From NCBI GenBank assembly GCA_030295235.1, contig AP026123.1:1426001-1490000 (forward strand): a stretch of DNA of 64,000 nt, given 5' to 3'. Below, piece after piece: positions 52,264 to 64,000 of the stretch (position 1 is the stretch's first letter; every line of letters begins with the position of its first letter). Made by a program: the position numbers and the translations under genes. The notes below the pieces were generated by a model. The model was given only the letters and a program-made list of their open reading frames with translations. It made no database searches and was not told the origin of the DNA. The stretch comes from Fistulifera solaris (taxonomy: Eukaryota).

Positions 52264-54684
52264 TCAACCGAACCGAAGAGCAATTTCTCTCTCTACAGCT
52301 TTCGCTCTCGTCCTTTTGTTCTTATCTTTGGAGGTCAGCCAAGCTCTCTTCAAAAGTTGGAGTGTTTGTTTGGTGGGCGCCCCAAGTTTTCCTGCTGCGT
52401 GCAGCCTTTCCATCTCATTGAAAACTTCCTCCGCTTTTTGAGGGCGATTGCTACTACCATAACATGTCAAAAGTGTCGTGTATGAGATGACATTGGGAGC
52501 AACATCAAGCTTGCCCGCCTCACTGAGATCAATCATACTTTTTAAAATTTGCTCCGCCCTTTCGCCTTTGTGAGGATCCGAAGTCAGACTCCAAGCTTTC
52601 AAGAGGATGTTAAAACTTCTTACGTCTGGTTTGGCGCTCTTGTTGCCTGCTTCATAGTCTTGAAACATTTCCCGAAGAAGCTGAGAGACACGATGAGGGT
52701 CTTTCATCCGTGCCAGTCCATTCATCACTGAATTATAACAAACGACATTTGGTTTCAAAGATTCGTCTCCATTTTTGTAAGCATCTTTTAGTTCCTGTAA
52801 AAGATCATACGCACGGGTGGCGGCCTCTTCGCGATTGTCCTTGACCTCTGAATAGCACGCTAAAAGTGACGAATAACTGTATATGTCAGGTTTGACATCA
52901 TCAATCCCTTGGTCGCTTAGCTTTTTCATCTGATACAGCAGATCCTCTGCCTGTGAAGCCTTATTGTCACGTTTCGACTTGATATAGGAAGCAAGAACCG
53001 CATTGAAGCACTTCAGATTAGGCTTGACGTTGGATCTACCTGTCAGAAAGTCGTTGCACATTTTATTCAAGATGGCTGAAGCTTTTTCGCCGTTTCCCGA
53101 AGTAGCCCAAATATGAATTACCGTTGTGTAGGTCGCTACATCCGGGGCGATCCAGGTATCCCCTGCCTTCGCCCGTGAATTCATTTCGGCGAGGATTTGT
53201 TCCGCCTTTGTCGCCGGAAACGACGTCTTGTGATCCACGAGGCAATTCAGGAAGGCATTATAAGTTATTGTTGCCGGTCGGAGAGCAGGGTCGGTTTCTT
53301 TGGTCATCTGACGTAATATCTCTTCTGCTTTTTCGACCTTGTTGGGTGAATTCGATCTGGCATGAGCGGAAATGAGGGCAGTCATTATCACAGAGTCCGG
53401 TCTCAAATATTCATTCCCATTCTCATAAAGTGTTCTCATTTGCTGAACAATGGCTTCCACACGTGTCGGCTGTCCAACTATGCTCCAGGCCTGAATTAAA
53501 TTCAAGTAGGAAATATAATCGGGTGTAAAACGCTCTCGCATCATATTGAAAATTTCTTGTGCCTTCTTGGCACCGCTGATCGTTCCACTCATAGTTTGAC
53601 ACTGTATAGCAACATTAAAGGCAGGTATAATATCCGTCTTCTCGTGAAGATGATTCGCATGTAAATCCAGCATCTTTCGGAGCAACTCTTCCGCTTTTCG
53701 TCCCGCGTGTGGGGAACCCGACTTGAACCACGCGGTGATCGTCATCCCAAACGCACCACCGAACGCTCCATCCAGGGACGAAAATGTGATTTCACCCGCT
53801 TGATAGGCCTGCGCCATGCGATCCAAAATGTCTTCACACCGCAGAGCGGCATCCGTACTTCCCAGAGCGGCCAGGGCTTGAATCATATTGAGATACGATT
53901 CGCGATTCAAGGGAATCATAAGCTCTACCATTCGTTGTACAATCGCTTCAATCCGAGTGACCGTTTCGGGACGCTGTGCTAACATCCAAGCACGTGTCAC
54001 GATATTGAAGAGGGGTGGAGTCGGGTAAAACGGATCATTTCCGGCTTGCCACAAGGTAATGCATTTTTCTAGTACATCTTCCGCGAATTCGGGAGTCGTC
54101 TTTCCGCTTCGTACACCGGCTTCGACGATCAAATACAGCGTTTTTTCGTTTCCCAACTGATGATGTTGTGCGTAATGCAATACGCGATCGAGCATTTGCG
54201 ACACCGAATAGTCGGGAATATCATTTTCCCACAAGGCGACCCTCCACAAACCGACCATTCGATTCAGTAAATTAGTATTGATCCAGTCCCCAAACGGAGA
54301 AGGTAAATCAATGAGAAGACGGTCCAGTAATTGGAAGGAATATACGACGGACCGTATGGATTTGTCCTGTAATAACAGGGACGATAGCTCTTCGGATTCA
54401 ATCCATGCTTCGGGAGAAAGGGGGTCCTCGGTCGCCAGCAATTTATTCATGGAAGACTCCAAGTCATTGATCAAAACTTTCGGTTTTCTGATAGCCGAAG
54501 TACTTCCTTCTTCCATAAAACTAGAAGAGTACCAAGCTGGTTGCTGCGGGAGATGGCGTTGTAGATTGCTGTTGCTGACGGTAGCGGCCAGGCTTCTCCA
54601 CGGTGGCGATTGTAGTGGAGGCAGTCGCCGTATCCGACGGATCGTCGCCGTCGATGACAATACACGCTGAATTCTACTTCTCAT
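52264..54684 (-). CDS. Pentatricopeptide repeat (PPR) protein, probably mitochondrial
   Basis: Intact 806 aa ORF with an R/S-rich presequence and repeated PD..(S/T)Y..(L/I)I.AW units, e.g. PDVATYTTVIHIW, PNVVCYNSVMNGL and PDVRSFNILLKAW. Confidence 0.95.
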   Translation of the reverse strand: MRSRIQRVLSSTATIRRIRRLPPLQSPPWRSLAATVSNSNLQRHLPQQPAWYSSSFMEEGSTSAIRKPKVLINDLESSMNKLLATEDPLSPEAWIESEELSSLLLQDKSIRSVVYSFQLLDRLLIDLPSPFGDWINTNLLNRMVGLWRVALWENDIPDYSVSQMLDRVLHYAQHHQLGNEKTLYLIVEAGVRSGKTTPEFAEDVLEKCITLWQAGNDPFYPTPPLFNIVTRAWMLAQRPETVTRIEAIVQRMVELMIPLNRESYLNMIQALAALGSTDAALRCEDILDRMAQAYQAGEITFSSLDGAFGGAFGMTITAWFKSGSPHAGRKAEELLRKMLDLHANHLHEKTDIIPAFNVAIQCQTMSGTISGAKKAQEIFNMMRERFTPDYISYLNLIQAWSIVGQPTRVEAIVQQMRTLYENGNEYLRPDSVIMTALISAHARSNSPNKVEKAEEILRQMTKETDPALRPATITYNAFLNCLVDHKTSFPATKAEQILAEMNSRAKAGDTWIAPDVATYTTVIHIWATSGNGEKASAILNKMCNDFLTGRSNVKPNLKCFNAVLASYIKSKRDNKASQAEDLLYQMKKLSDQGIDDVKPDIYSYSSLLACYSEVKDNREEAATRAYDLLQELKDAYKNGDESLKPNVVCYNSVMNGLARMKDPHRVSQLLREMFQDYEAGNKSAKPDVRSFNILLKAWSLTSDPHKGERAEQILKSMIDLSEAGKLDVAPNVISYTTLLTCYGSSNRPQKAEEVFNEMERLHAAGKLGAPTKQTLQLLKRAWLTSKDKNKRTRAKAVEREIALRFG

Positions 54685-55096
54685 TTTTTGAAAGGCCTTA
54701 ATTTCAAAAAGATATTAATGTAAACAACACAAATGCCGGCGAAAGTGAACGTTCGCATTCTCTTATTTTTTTCTTTTTTTCACTCCGGCTCATTTTCTCT
54801 CGGGATTGGTTCGCTCGTTTATTCGAAGCTGACGTTTAGAAAGACGTACCGGTATTCATTTCTGTTGTTTGTGACGAAAACTCCGCCGTCGATCCAGTCA
54901 TCCATGCTGCTGAGTCAAGAGTGTTCTTCGTTCGTACGAAATGCTTGGTTCTGCGTTGTCGTCCGATCGGCATGTGACGACGCATCCGAAATTCCGTGTG
55001 TCTTTTTGCGAGTTCAACTTTCGTTTGGAGGATGATTTCAATGTCAATGAATGGTTCATTCTTAAAATTCATTGTCGAGAAAGATCATAGAAAGCC

Positions 55097-56653
55097 ATGG
55101 TGCAACTTGCTAAAGCCGCATCCTACTTACTTTGCTTGACAGCGAGTCAAGCATTCCAGACGCCGCATCGAAAGGCCCCGAGTCTCGTGCGATCCTTCGT
55201 TGCAACGTCTCCCACCAAGATCAGTAGCGACGAAAGTATTACTCCGAAAGGCTGGGATTGTGATGAAGAAGCCAACTGTGTGCCCGTCGACGCCTGTGAC
55301 GAACAAAAGTGTCGTACATCCCTTGATATCCGCATTCACGGTAAATGGTACGATCTTTCGGGTTGGCGCAAAGCGCATCCGGGTGGTGAGCACTGGTTGG
55401 ATTATTACGACGGCCGTGATGCGACCGAAGTGATGGATGCCTTTCATTCCTTAAAGGGACGAGCCATGTACCAGAGATTGCCCAAATCGAAACCCGAAAC
55501 GACGCAACTGTTGGAACAAACGGTGCCACCCGACAGTCCAACGCAATTGAACTTTCGCAAATTGCGCGATCAATTGGAGAAAGATGGATGGTGGGAACGT
55601 GACATGGTGCACGAATTCACTCAGTTGGGTTTGTGGGCGTCGTGCGTGATTGGAGCCGCGGCTACGGCTTCAACCGTCCCCTTTGTATCGATCTGTTTGT
55701 TGAGTATTTCAATGACAGCGGCGGGGTGGTTGGGCCACGATTATATTCATGGCGTTGACAATTTCTGCAATCGTTTCCGCAACTTTAGTGCACTTGGCGG
55801 CGGACTAATTCCCACCTGGTGGTCGGATAAACACAACAAACATCATGCTCTTACGAACGAGCTTGGAGTCGATGAAGATCTTGCGTGAGTTGGTGTTCGA
55901 CATGATTTTGTTGAGACGTAGCAACTCGGTGATGGCGGGCTCATCTTTTGTTGATCTTCTTTTCTTCTTTACAGGACCGATCCCTTTATCTATTCCTACG
56001 TTCCTGATCCGAGTCAGGATTCCCCACTCAGAAAGATCCAGCACTATATTTTCTGGATTCCCTTCTCCTTCCTATTCGCTTTGTGGCGTATTGATAGCAT
56101 CAAGGTGGCCATCGAATCTATTGAGCAAAAGCGTCCTAATGCCAAAAATGAAATGTACTCTCTCCTTATTCATTATGCCGTGCTGTTGACCGTATTTCCT
56201 TTCCAAGTTTGGTTCCCCTCCGTCTTTGTCAGCGGCTTGCTTTCGGCCTTGATTGTGACACCCACCCATCAGTCGGAAGCCATGTTTTCGGAGTATCAAC
56301 CGGACTGGGTGACGCAACAGTTCCAGTCGACGCGCAATGCCGTTACTACCAATCCATTTTCGGAATGGATCTGGGGTGGCATGCAATATCAATTGGAGCA
56401 TCACCTTTTTCCCTCTATGCCTCGTAACCGCTACCCGGCCTTGAGAGAAATTCTTCAAAAGTTCGCTGCGGAAAACAATATTCCGGGTGGCTACCGAGAG
56501 TCGGGTGAATTCGAAATTCTCAAGATGAACTGGCAATTGTACAAAAACGTCGCTGAAGCGGATGCTATTCCCGGGGCACCTTTGTCTCGCGGAAGAATTG
56601 GGCAGCAAGGAGCAATCGTAACAACATCGAGCCCTGCGGCTTCGGTGGCATAA
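55097..56653 (+). CDS. Plastid-targeted cytochrome b5-fused front-end fatty acid desaturase (delta-6/delta-4-like)
   Basis: Targeting ASQAFQT, b5 motif HPGG, and His boxes HDYIH, HNKHH and QLEHH. Intron 55885-55974 restores the frame. Confidence 0.93.
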
Positions 56654-56765
56654 AGCGCTACATCTATTCCTCGCACAGTGTTGTGTTACAGCCGCAACAT
56701 TACAGATACAATATTATCAAGCGACATTCTAATTGAATTAACTTTATTAAAATTAATAACCTTGC

Positions 56766-59685
56766 TTATTCCTCATCATCGTCACCAACATCACCGTAAC
56801 GCCACATTCCAACACGAGCGCGGCGAGCGGTTTCTTGAGAGACATTCAGATCCGAAGCAAGCTTTGTGATGGTAGCCGGATTCGCCATTCGACTAGCTAG
56901 TGCGTCAACGACGGGCGGTTTCGCAACTCTGGCCAGTCCAAGTTCAATCAAGTTAGCATTTACTGTCTCTCCATCGTTGCCTTCAATTGTCAGTGCTTGG
57001 CGTCCTGTTTCTGGGTCCACAGACAAAACGACCGCCTTCAAATCACGGCCCCAACAAGTTGACTGGAGGAAGCGAGCTGCATCCAGTCCTTCGTCGGTAT
57101 CGAGAGATCGCACTATAGTCAGGGCCAAGGTTGCTTCTTTGGCAACTGCGGGAAATCGATCGGGCCCGAGTGTTACATCAAGAGGTCGTAAATGTGTGGC
57201 GATGGGCACTGTTGCGACGTTTCCGTGATCAATGAAGAGTACCGTGGCTTTGCCTGGTGTCTTCTTTTCGATGATTTTGGCTCTGTACCAGCTCTTGCCA
57301 CTGCCATCATCGAATAGCGCCGCCACGTAGCGACCGACCTTTGCATCACAGGGAGCGCCGGCTGTACCATTTTTCTGAGTAAAAGTTTGCATGTTCTGCT
57401 CCACAGCTTTGATGTTTTCGTTACTGACAACATGGTAGAAAAAGTGGTTTCCGCTGCGAATTTCACTGAGTCGAATGGTGGTGGTCGTTTCAGCAATCTT
57501 TTCAACTTTGCCGTTCGCCGCGATCGGTGCCGCGGAAGTAGCTTCAGCTTCAAGTGACCAAAGACCAATTCTTCCGTCTCTCGCTTTTTGCTCACAATCA
57601 AGAAGATGCTTAGGAACTTCGCCGAACTCGACTTTACGTTGATCAAGCTTGGACAAGCCTCCGCCCAAAAGTTCGATGGTGTAATCGCGTCGAGTAGCAC
57701 CTTGTCCGACGAATAACGATCCAGTGATAATGCCGCTGGTTGTCACTCCAGAACATTCAATCTCTACATTACGCTGCAGTAGCTGCAATCGTGCATGACG
57801 CTTAGCTTCGTCGCCGAATGGCTCTGCAGCCTTACCTTGTTTACTGCCAGGACTTGGAGAAGGTTGCGGACACCGAATATAGTTTGGCGCAAAGCGGATA
57901 AAACAGTTTTCGGCAGGAACATACAGCTTAAACAAGGCTCCATTGAAAACAAAGTCAACAACAGCCTTTGTCTTTCCGGCACGCATAAGAGAACCAGAAT
58001 ACGCTTTTGCTTTCTTGGGGTCCGTCAAGTCGATGGGATTTCGAGGTGGTGCTTTATCTTTACCATCTTGAGCTTTGTGAACACCTTTCTTTGCATCCTT
58101 GGCAATCGCCTCGGCAGTGCGTAGCTCGTCGTACCTAGGGGATGTCTCTTCACCATCTCGATGGAATTGAGTAGTAGCCAACCCCTCCGAAATCAACACC
58201 TCCGACACGTCGGCGTGTTTGCCAACCGAAATGGTAGCGAAAGCGCGCTTCTCTTTGTTCTCGAGGGACAAAGGAATTTCACGCTCGTAATGAATATCGA
58301 TGGATACGGGCTTACCGATCGTCAGAGCTCGCAAGCGCTCTTTGCATTCAGCCGCAAAAGGCTCATCGGCCCGACTGCCGTTGGCCAGACCCAACCGAGG
58401 GGCTCGGATTGATGCCAAAGAAACTTTCTGCAAGACCTCTTCGGATGTGTAGTCCTTTCCATCTGGAAGAATGAGCAACGTATCACCCGACACAACCTCA
58501 ACCACCGTGCCGCGCAAAGTTGATGCTGACGAGAGTGCCGGTGGCGAATACGAATGCCAGATTCCTTTCAATGTACGCTTGGATGAATTTTCCGCCATGC
58601 GGTAGGGAGGAACATCCGCCGTTGGCATCATGCGAACAGTCCAGTCCGTCATGCGAGCTAGACCATTCTTGAGCAACTCCACCGCAATGTTGCCGGCGGG
58701 GTGGTGAATGGTCCCCACAGCTGCGCTGGACGATTTGTCGGTTCCGTACAACGAAATTTTCAGTTCTCGCTGCAACAGACGAGCCGTGACAAATTGCCTT
58801 GCTTCCTCGGCAAATGGCTCTGGGGCAGTCGGAGGCTCTGCCTTGGGGTTGCCCAGACGCGGGCATGAAGCACCAGCGAGCATGAGGTTGAAGTGAGCAT
58901 ATTGAAACTCCTTCAACTCCGGATCTATTACCTGGCACCGGAACCGACTACCGTCGAAAACATACTCAACCACGCAGGTAATCCGACCTTGCGATGCATG
59001 CTTTTGGCAAGCCTGGACCAAGCTCAACAACGCAAAATCGTCACCGGCGTTCTTTACGGTGCGAACGGGAGGCACCGGGGCATGAATTCCCCGTTGAGCA
59101 GCCTTTGCCTCGTTGTATGCTTTCACGAGCTGCCTTTCATAATCCTCTTCCTCTACGAGATCAGCAACGTCATCTTTCTTCGCAACATCCCCGTCGCCAT
59201 CACCAAACTTGAGCGCTTTCGGAGTAGCATGTCCCTGGCGAACGCATTCCAGACACAAATGAATCGAATCCTTTCCAGATTCATCGATGAAAATCCAGCC
59301 ATACACACGATCTCCGGCACTAGCACCCTGCTTACGGGTTTCGAACCGAACTTGCTTGCCCACGACGAGACTTCGGAGCCACTCGCGAGCAGGAAATGCT
59401 CCCGGCTCATCGACCGGATTTGTCTTGCTCATCATCCTGTAGAGAATTAAGAAATCGTAAAAGTGAGTATCCATCAAAGATCCTATAAATCCTTTCACTC
59501 TTCAGGAATGCATACCTGGGAGCAGACAATCCTTCAAAGGTGAAAAGCACTTCGGGAGGAGGCCTCTGGGGATTGGTGGCTTTGCCGAGCAGGATGAGCG
59601 TGTCACCGGAGAGGACGCTCTTGACCCGCGCCGTTCCCTCTTTCGGGAGGATCACCGGAGGATTCGAGGTAACTGGAGTAGCCAT
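56766..59685 (-). CDS. SND1: Tudor staphylococcal nuclease (Tudor-SN)
   Basis: Repeated SN domains (VKSVLSGDTL, VEYVFDGSRF, VEVVSGDTL, VDFVFNGALF), Tudor WYRAKI..FIDHGN and terminal GMWRYGD. Intron 59437-59515. Confidence 0.96.
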
Positions 59686-59922
59686 GATTGCTTTCGTTTC
59701 TATTTTTGTTTATGATTGTTGTTGCTATGCTTCGGATTGTGGACGATTGCGTAAGATCCGATCAATCTTTCGGTCGAAAATAAGGTCGAATGGATTGTGA
59801 CTTTTGTGACCGGCTTCTGCCTGATCACTTTTCCTGACCGTTGGTTTCGGCTGTATAGCAAATAGTACGACGGGCTACATTAATGGCGATACAACGGTTC
59901 GCTTTGAGACACAAAAATTGCA

Positions 59923-60465
59923 CAGTACAAATTCTACGTGTTTTTTGGTACACAAATTCTGTCCCGGATGTGTTGCCTCTGTTAATTTTAGTCACGAGTC
60001 CTTTGAGTGGGTCCAGTCTGTCCGTGCACCCTCGACGACATTTTTCAAACACACTACGACATCGAACGAAAAAGGAGTACCGCTCCAAAAAAACATGTAC
60101 TTTTAATAATTACATGACATGAAAATGTACTTTAGAAAGGTATTGTTTTCAAACCGTGTTTTTGGCCAAAAAATGCGAGGGGGTTGCCCATGATTTTTGC
60201 ACCATTCTTTTGCTACAATAACACGTGAAGAAATCGTCGACCTGTGGATGGAAAATCTTCCCTTTCTTTACGATTCTCTCATTGAAACTTTCAACAATGT
60301 TAGTGAACGTACTGAGGCTTTGATATTGAGGCCCGAGGCGTCCAGTAAGCGCTTTGAGTGCTCAGTATTTTGCGTTTTTCAACGACACTGGTCGATTGAT
60401 GCCCACGATTGCGCCGGTAGAAACTATCACGCTGCGACGAGCGTTTGATACCGCAGTTGCCCTTT
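59923..60465 (+). repeat. Dispersed repeat family, copy B
   Basis: Begins CAGTACAAATTCTACGT. Homologous to 40221-40725 and, inverted, to 63185-63516. Confidence 0.9.
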
Positions 60466-63184
60466 TTTGTCTAAGCCACGTGCGTAACGAATTGATAACC
60501 CAATGGCGTCGAGTGTTGGATCCAAAACTACCATCAAGTTTTGATAAGAAAAGCGGAAGATACAACGGACGATTAATCAAAAGGCTCACACGGATAGATC
60601 AACGACATGTGTTGACGTCGACGGAGAACAATGGAGAGCTGGCTGTCGTAGCCGGAAAGAATGTCTTCGAGTGACCGGCCGCCATCCGGAGAAACTCGAT
60701 CCTGTCATTTGTCCTACAAGCTTTTACGATGACATGTTTGAACGATGCACGCCAACAACGGTTGACTTACTATTACTACGGCTTTCGATTTGACGGCCGC
60801 GCTTCTCAGTTTTCGCTCCCCGTTGGCGACCGATGGCAAGCTCGCAACAAATACAAAGCGCTCTTGTGCTAGGCGCGTCTTGAAAGGTCAAATGAGAAAG
60901 ACGAAGCGTTTGCACTTTTTCATTCGTATTTTGCCTTCGTCACGTTCAAGTCTGCAATGTATGTACTACTATTTGAAATGCTCCATACTGTTTCCACACG
61001 GGGCGAAACATTATCACGAGTCAGGCATCGTATAACAGCGTATTGAAAGATGGCAAAAACGGGTACAACTTCGGAACTTGTGCCATTACTATCGGAAGCT
61101 TCAAAAGTGAATGAATGGCAGTAGAGGATGCTGACTCTCTCTTGGTTGCTTTTAGTCGAACACATTCGGCTACCACGAATCTCTATTTTCCGGAAACGTT
61201 AGTGCGATGTTCATTCCCTTAGTGCTTGATGCCGCTGTCCGAAAATCGAAGATTGGAGATGGGATCGCCTGATATGGTTTAATATGGGTGTAGTGCGTCG
61301 AGTATTATGATTTCCAGATGCGAGTACGAATCTTTCAACAAACCAATCGCTGTGTTGCCTGTATGACGACATGCATCGTCATTTGCGCAGCAGACAATGA
61401 ATTCGTTGCCAATCAATACTTGCATTTGGCCCTTGCAAGTTACGTCAACATTTTGTGAGCAAAATGTGGGTTTTTCGAAATGATACGGCAATATAAGACT
61501 TTGGCGAAGCGGAATATAAAAACTATTTACTGAAAACCGGCCCTGTCTTTCAAAGGTACGATTCCGCGACTTCGAGAGCCATCGCGGCGAGATTTACGAG
61601 TACCCACCGATTACTTTTCATCTTCCTGTCTTGCGCTTTTGATGAGGGTATCCTTCCATTCGAAAGCGTTAGCGTTCTAAAAACAGTCTCTTCGCTTCAG
61701 CCAAGAGAGCATACGCATTTACAATGCGTGGAAGAACTACAAACGAATGCGTGGCAGTGACTTAAAACACTTTCTCGTGTCGCTGTGATGCTACGCAGTC
61801 TTTCGTTTTCTTTCCAGTCCCACCGCAGCAAAGCACTATTTGACACATTATACGGGTCGTCGATCATTGAAAAAATAACGACTTCGGTGGAGTTATGGTA
61901 TTCGTGACGCCATTATTGAAGCAAGCTTTCGGGAATAAGAATTATGAAATAAGGATAATCTGCTTCGTTGCCTGAATCGGTATCGCAAGTCAAGCAGAAG
62001 GAACTTAGCAGTAAGCGCTAGTATTTGGGAGCTGGAGAACCTCTGGAATTTAAAAGCTTTAAACGATTCTTCCCTAGCTGTTATTCCTACTTCAACATTA
62101 GGTGTCGTTGCTTCAATGGTCATCATCCGTCACTACGAGAAAAGCATGATTTGAAACATGAAGACGATCTTGAATATTGAAGCAGTACTAGTGATTCCGG
62201 TCATCAAAACGATCGACTACCAGGGCCCAATGATCCCGCGCGGTGGACTTCCATGTACATAGGTTCACATCTTGAGCCTCTGATCGCTCATCGATACTTT
62301 ACTATGCGGGGAGGCCATTTTAATCGCTCCCAACTGCGTCGATCATCCTTTGTAGTTGTCAGGTCTCTCTGTGTCGAGCAAGATCAATCGACACCTCGTT
62401 AGAACAACGTACTTTCAATTCTACAGGCAGTCCATTCCGTTTTCCGTTTGATTCGCTGGGTAGAGATCGTTTGGGTGGCGCCTTTTTGCCATTCGGTAGT
62501 TGTAGAACAAACCCATCAATCCTAGTTCAGCACATTAAGACAACCGTTGGCATAGAACACAAGCTTGAACTGCCGTCTCGCGAGGCCCAATTATCCTTCG
62601 TCTCGCACTTCAACAACTTAACGCCTCTCGTCGAAGTAAGAATAAATAAATAACTTTGATGTTATATTTTAAGTCCTATCCACGTTATAGGTGGTTACTT
62701 ATTTCATTAATCCGCTAGAACTGATTCAGACTGGTTGCCTCAAGAGACATCCGCTGGCTGACCGGGAACCACCCCCAAGATTCTCATCTACGGCGCGGAG
62801 CGCACCAAGATCAAACCGACCCACTACCGTATCGAACCCAGCCCCTCCACAAACGAACCTGGAGAGTAACCATCTGTGCTCGTTGGCTAGTGATTCGAGC
62901 ACGAACAGCAAATGCGACAAAGATTAATCCGACGAACTAATCTCCTGCTAACTTATCGTCAAGCTATATAGGCATGCTGGTTAGTTATTTAAAATTGAGC
63001 CACGCCCCGATGGCGACCGTAATGTATATCAACGGTCTCTCTGTCGAGGCGAGGGGCGTCGACAAATGACATAAAAAACAAGAAGAAGACGACAGGGGGC
63101 GCTTTTTACGTCCCGTAGCGCAAACATAGTATGTTATCTACTATGTGTGATAATATTGTTACAAAGACTACCAAGGACTGGAGG

Positions 63185-63516
63185 ATTATCCTTCCAGAAG
63201 TCGACGATTTCTTCACATGTTATTGCAGAAAAGAATGGGGCAAAAATCATGGGCAACCGCCTTGCATTTTTCGGCCAAAAAACACGGTTTGGATACACTA
63301 GCTACAAAAGTACAGTTTTATGTCATGTAATTATTTAGTGTACAGGTTGTTTTGGAGCGGTACTACTTTTGTTTTCATGTCGTAGTGTGATTAAAAAATG
63401 TCGTCGAGGGTGCACGGACAGACTGGACCCACATAAAGGATTCGTGACTAAAACTGATAGAAGCAAAGCATCCGGGACAGAAACCTTGTACGTAGAATTA
63501 CGTAGAAAATGTACTG
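63185..63516 (-). repeat. Dispersed repeat family, copy C (inverted relative to B)
   Basis: The reverse complement begins CAGTACATTTTCTACGT and aligns with B over about 330 bp. The 32-bp core at 63394-63425 is identical to A and B. Confidence 0.9.
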
Positions 63517-63638
63517 GGCGCGGTTGGCTTATTTCTCCCACCGCAGCAGTAGCTCCGCGCTGGTTACGATGATCGATCGAAGCTTGATCATTCAATGAAT
63601 AAACATATTTTCTTTTGCATTGAAAAATCTCATAAATC

Positions 63639-64000
63639 ATGGACTTCTCTTCAATTCCTCGTGCCATCGACAGCTTGCAGCGCCGGCAGCCACCGTTGGA
63701 TGCGGCGATCTTGAGACGGCCGAACAGATGCGCAACGCGACCGACCCGGAGCTCGTGACGCGTGCGGCAGAACGTTTACTCGAAGATGCAACGCGATGGG
63801 AATCCTTAGCTGTTGGTTTGCTCGTAGCGACGGAACTTTTAACGCAAACGAAGAAAGGAGCTGTGTACATGGAAGGACCTCGTGTCCCTTCGACGGATAC
63901 CGCACCGATCTACACTCTCCCCGAACTCAGCGAGGAACAGCAAACGCAGCTTTGCAACACGTTGCACCGTATTTCGATGGAACATCTAGAGCACCCGGAA
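63639..64000 (+). CDS. 5' end of a helical (possibly HEAT/ARM-like) protein running off the window
   Basis: ATG at 63639 (MDFSSIPRAIDSLQRR), a frameshift near 63710, then an open frame ETAEQMRNATDPELVTRAAERLLEDATRWESLAVGLLVATELL..HLEHPE to the window end. Confidence 0.6.

Noticed and set aside
60470..63150. Short ORFs considered as transposase or viral remnants
   Set aside because: No DDE, reverse transcriptase, HUH or recombinase motif could be recognised by eye, so no mobile-element gene is called.

Overview
Gene-dense eukaryotic nuclear DNA from a diatom-like stramenopile. The basis is short (mostly 70-85 bp) GT-AG introns, a fucoxanthin-chlorophyll binding protein and bipartite 'ASAFAP'-type plastid targeting peptides; the species cannot be determined from the sequence. 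About 27 protein-coding genes are supported. They include an Lhc/FCP, an F-box protein, RPA1, a prolyl 4-hydroxylase, an HMG-box factor, DONSON, a nardilysin/insulysin-like M16 protease, a gp78/HRD1-like RING-CUE ligase, STT3, an M13 peptidase, VPS54, fabH, a Zn-dehydrogenase, fabB, two tandem type-I membrane paralogs, a mitochondrial carrier, a PPR protein, a plastid cytochrome-b5 desaturase and Tudor-SN. Many genes, including essential ones, carry small frameshifts that look like unpolished long-read errors, so those models were stitched by eye. The most notable observations are: (1) an unidentified dispersed repeat in three copies, each just upstream of a gene in the same relative orientation, two of which form long inverted ends around a 3.6 kb gene-poor block; (2) micro-exons at catalytic motifs, including a 6-nt exon followed by a GC-AG intron in STT3; (3) a Tudor-like insert in the M16 protease; (4) an ankyrin-like tail on STT3; (5) a fabH/dehydrogenase/fabB cluster; (6) tandem EF-hand-like, Cys-rich membrane proteins with conserved cytoplasmic motifs. 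No rRNA, tRNA, CRISPR array or intact transposase was recognised.
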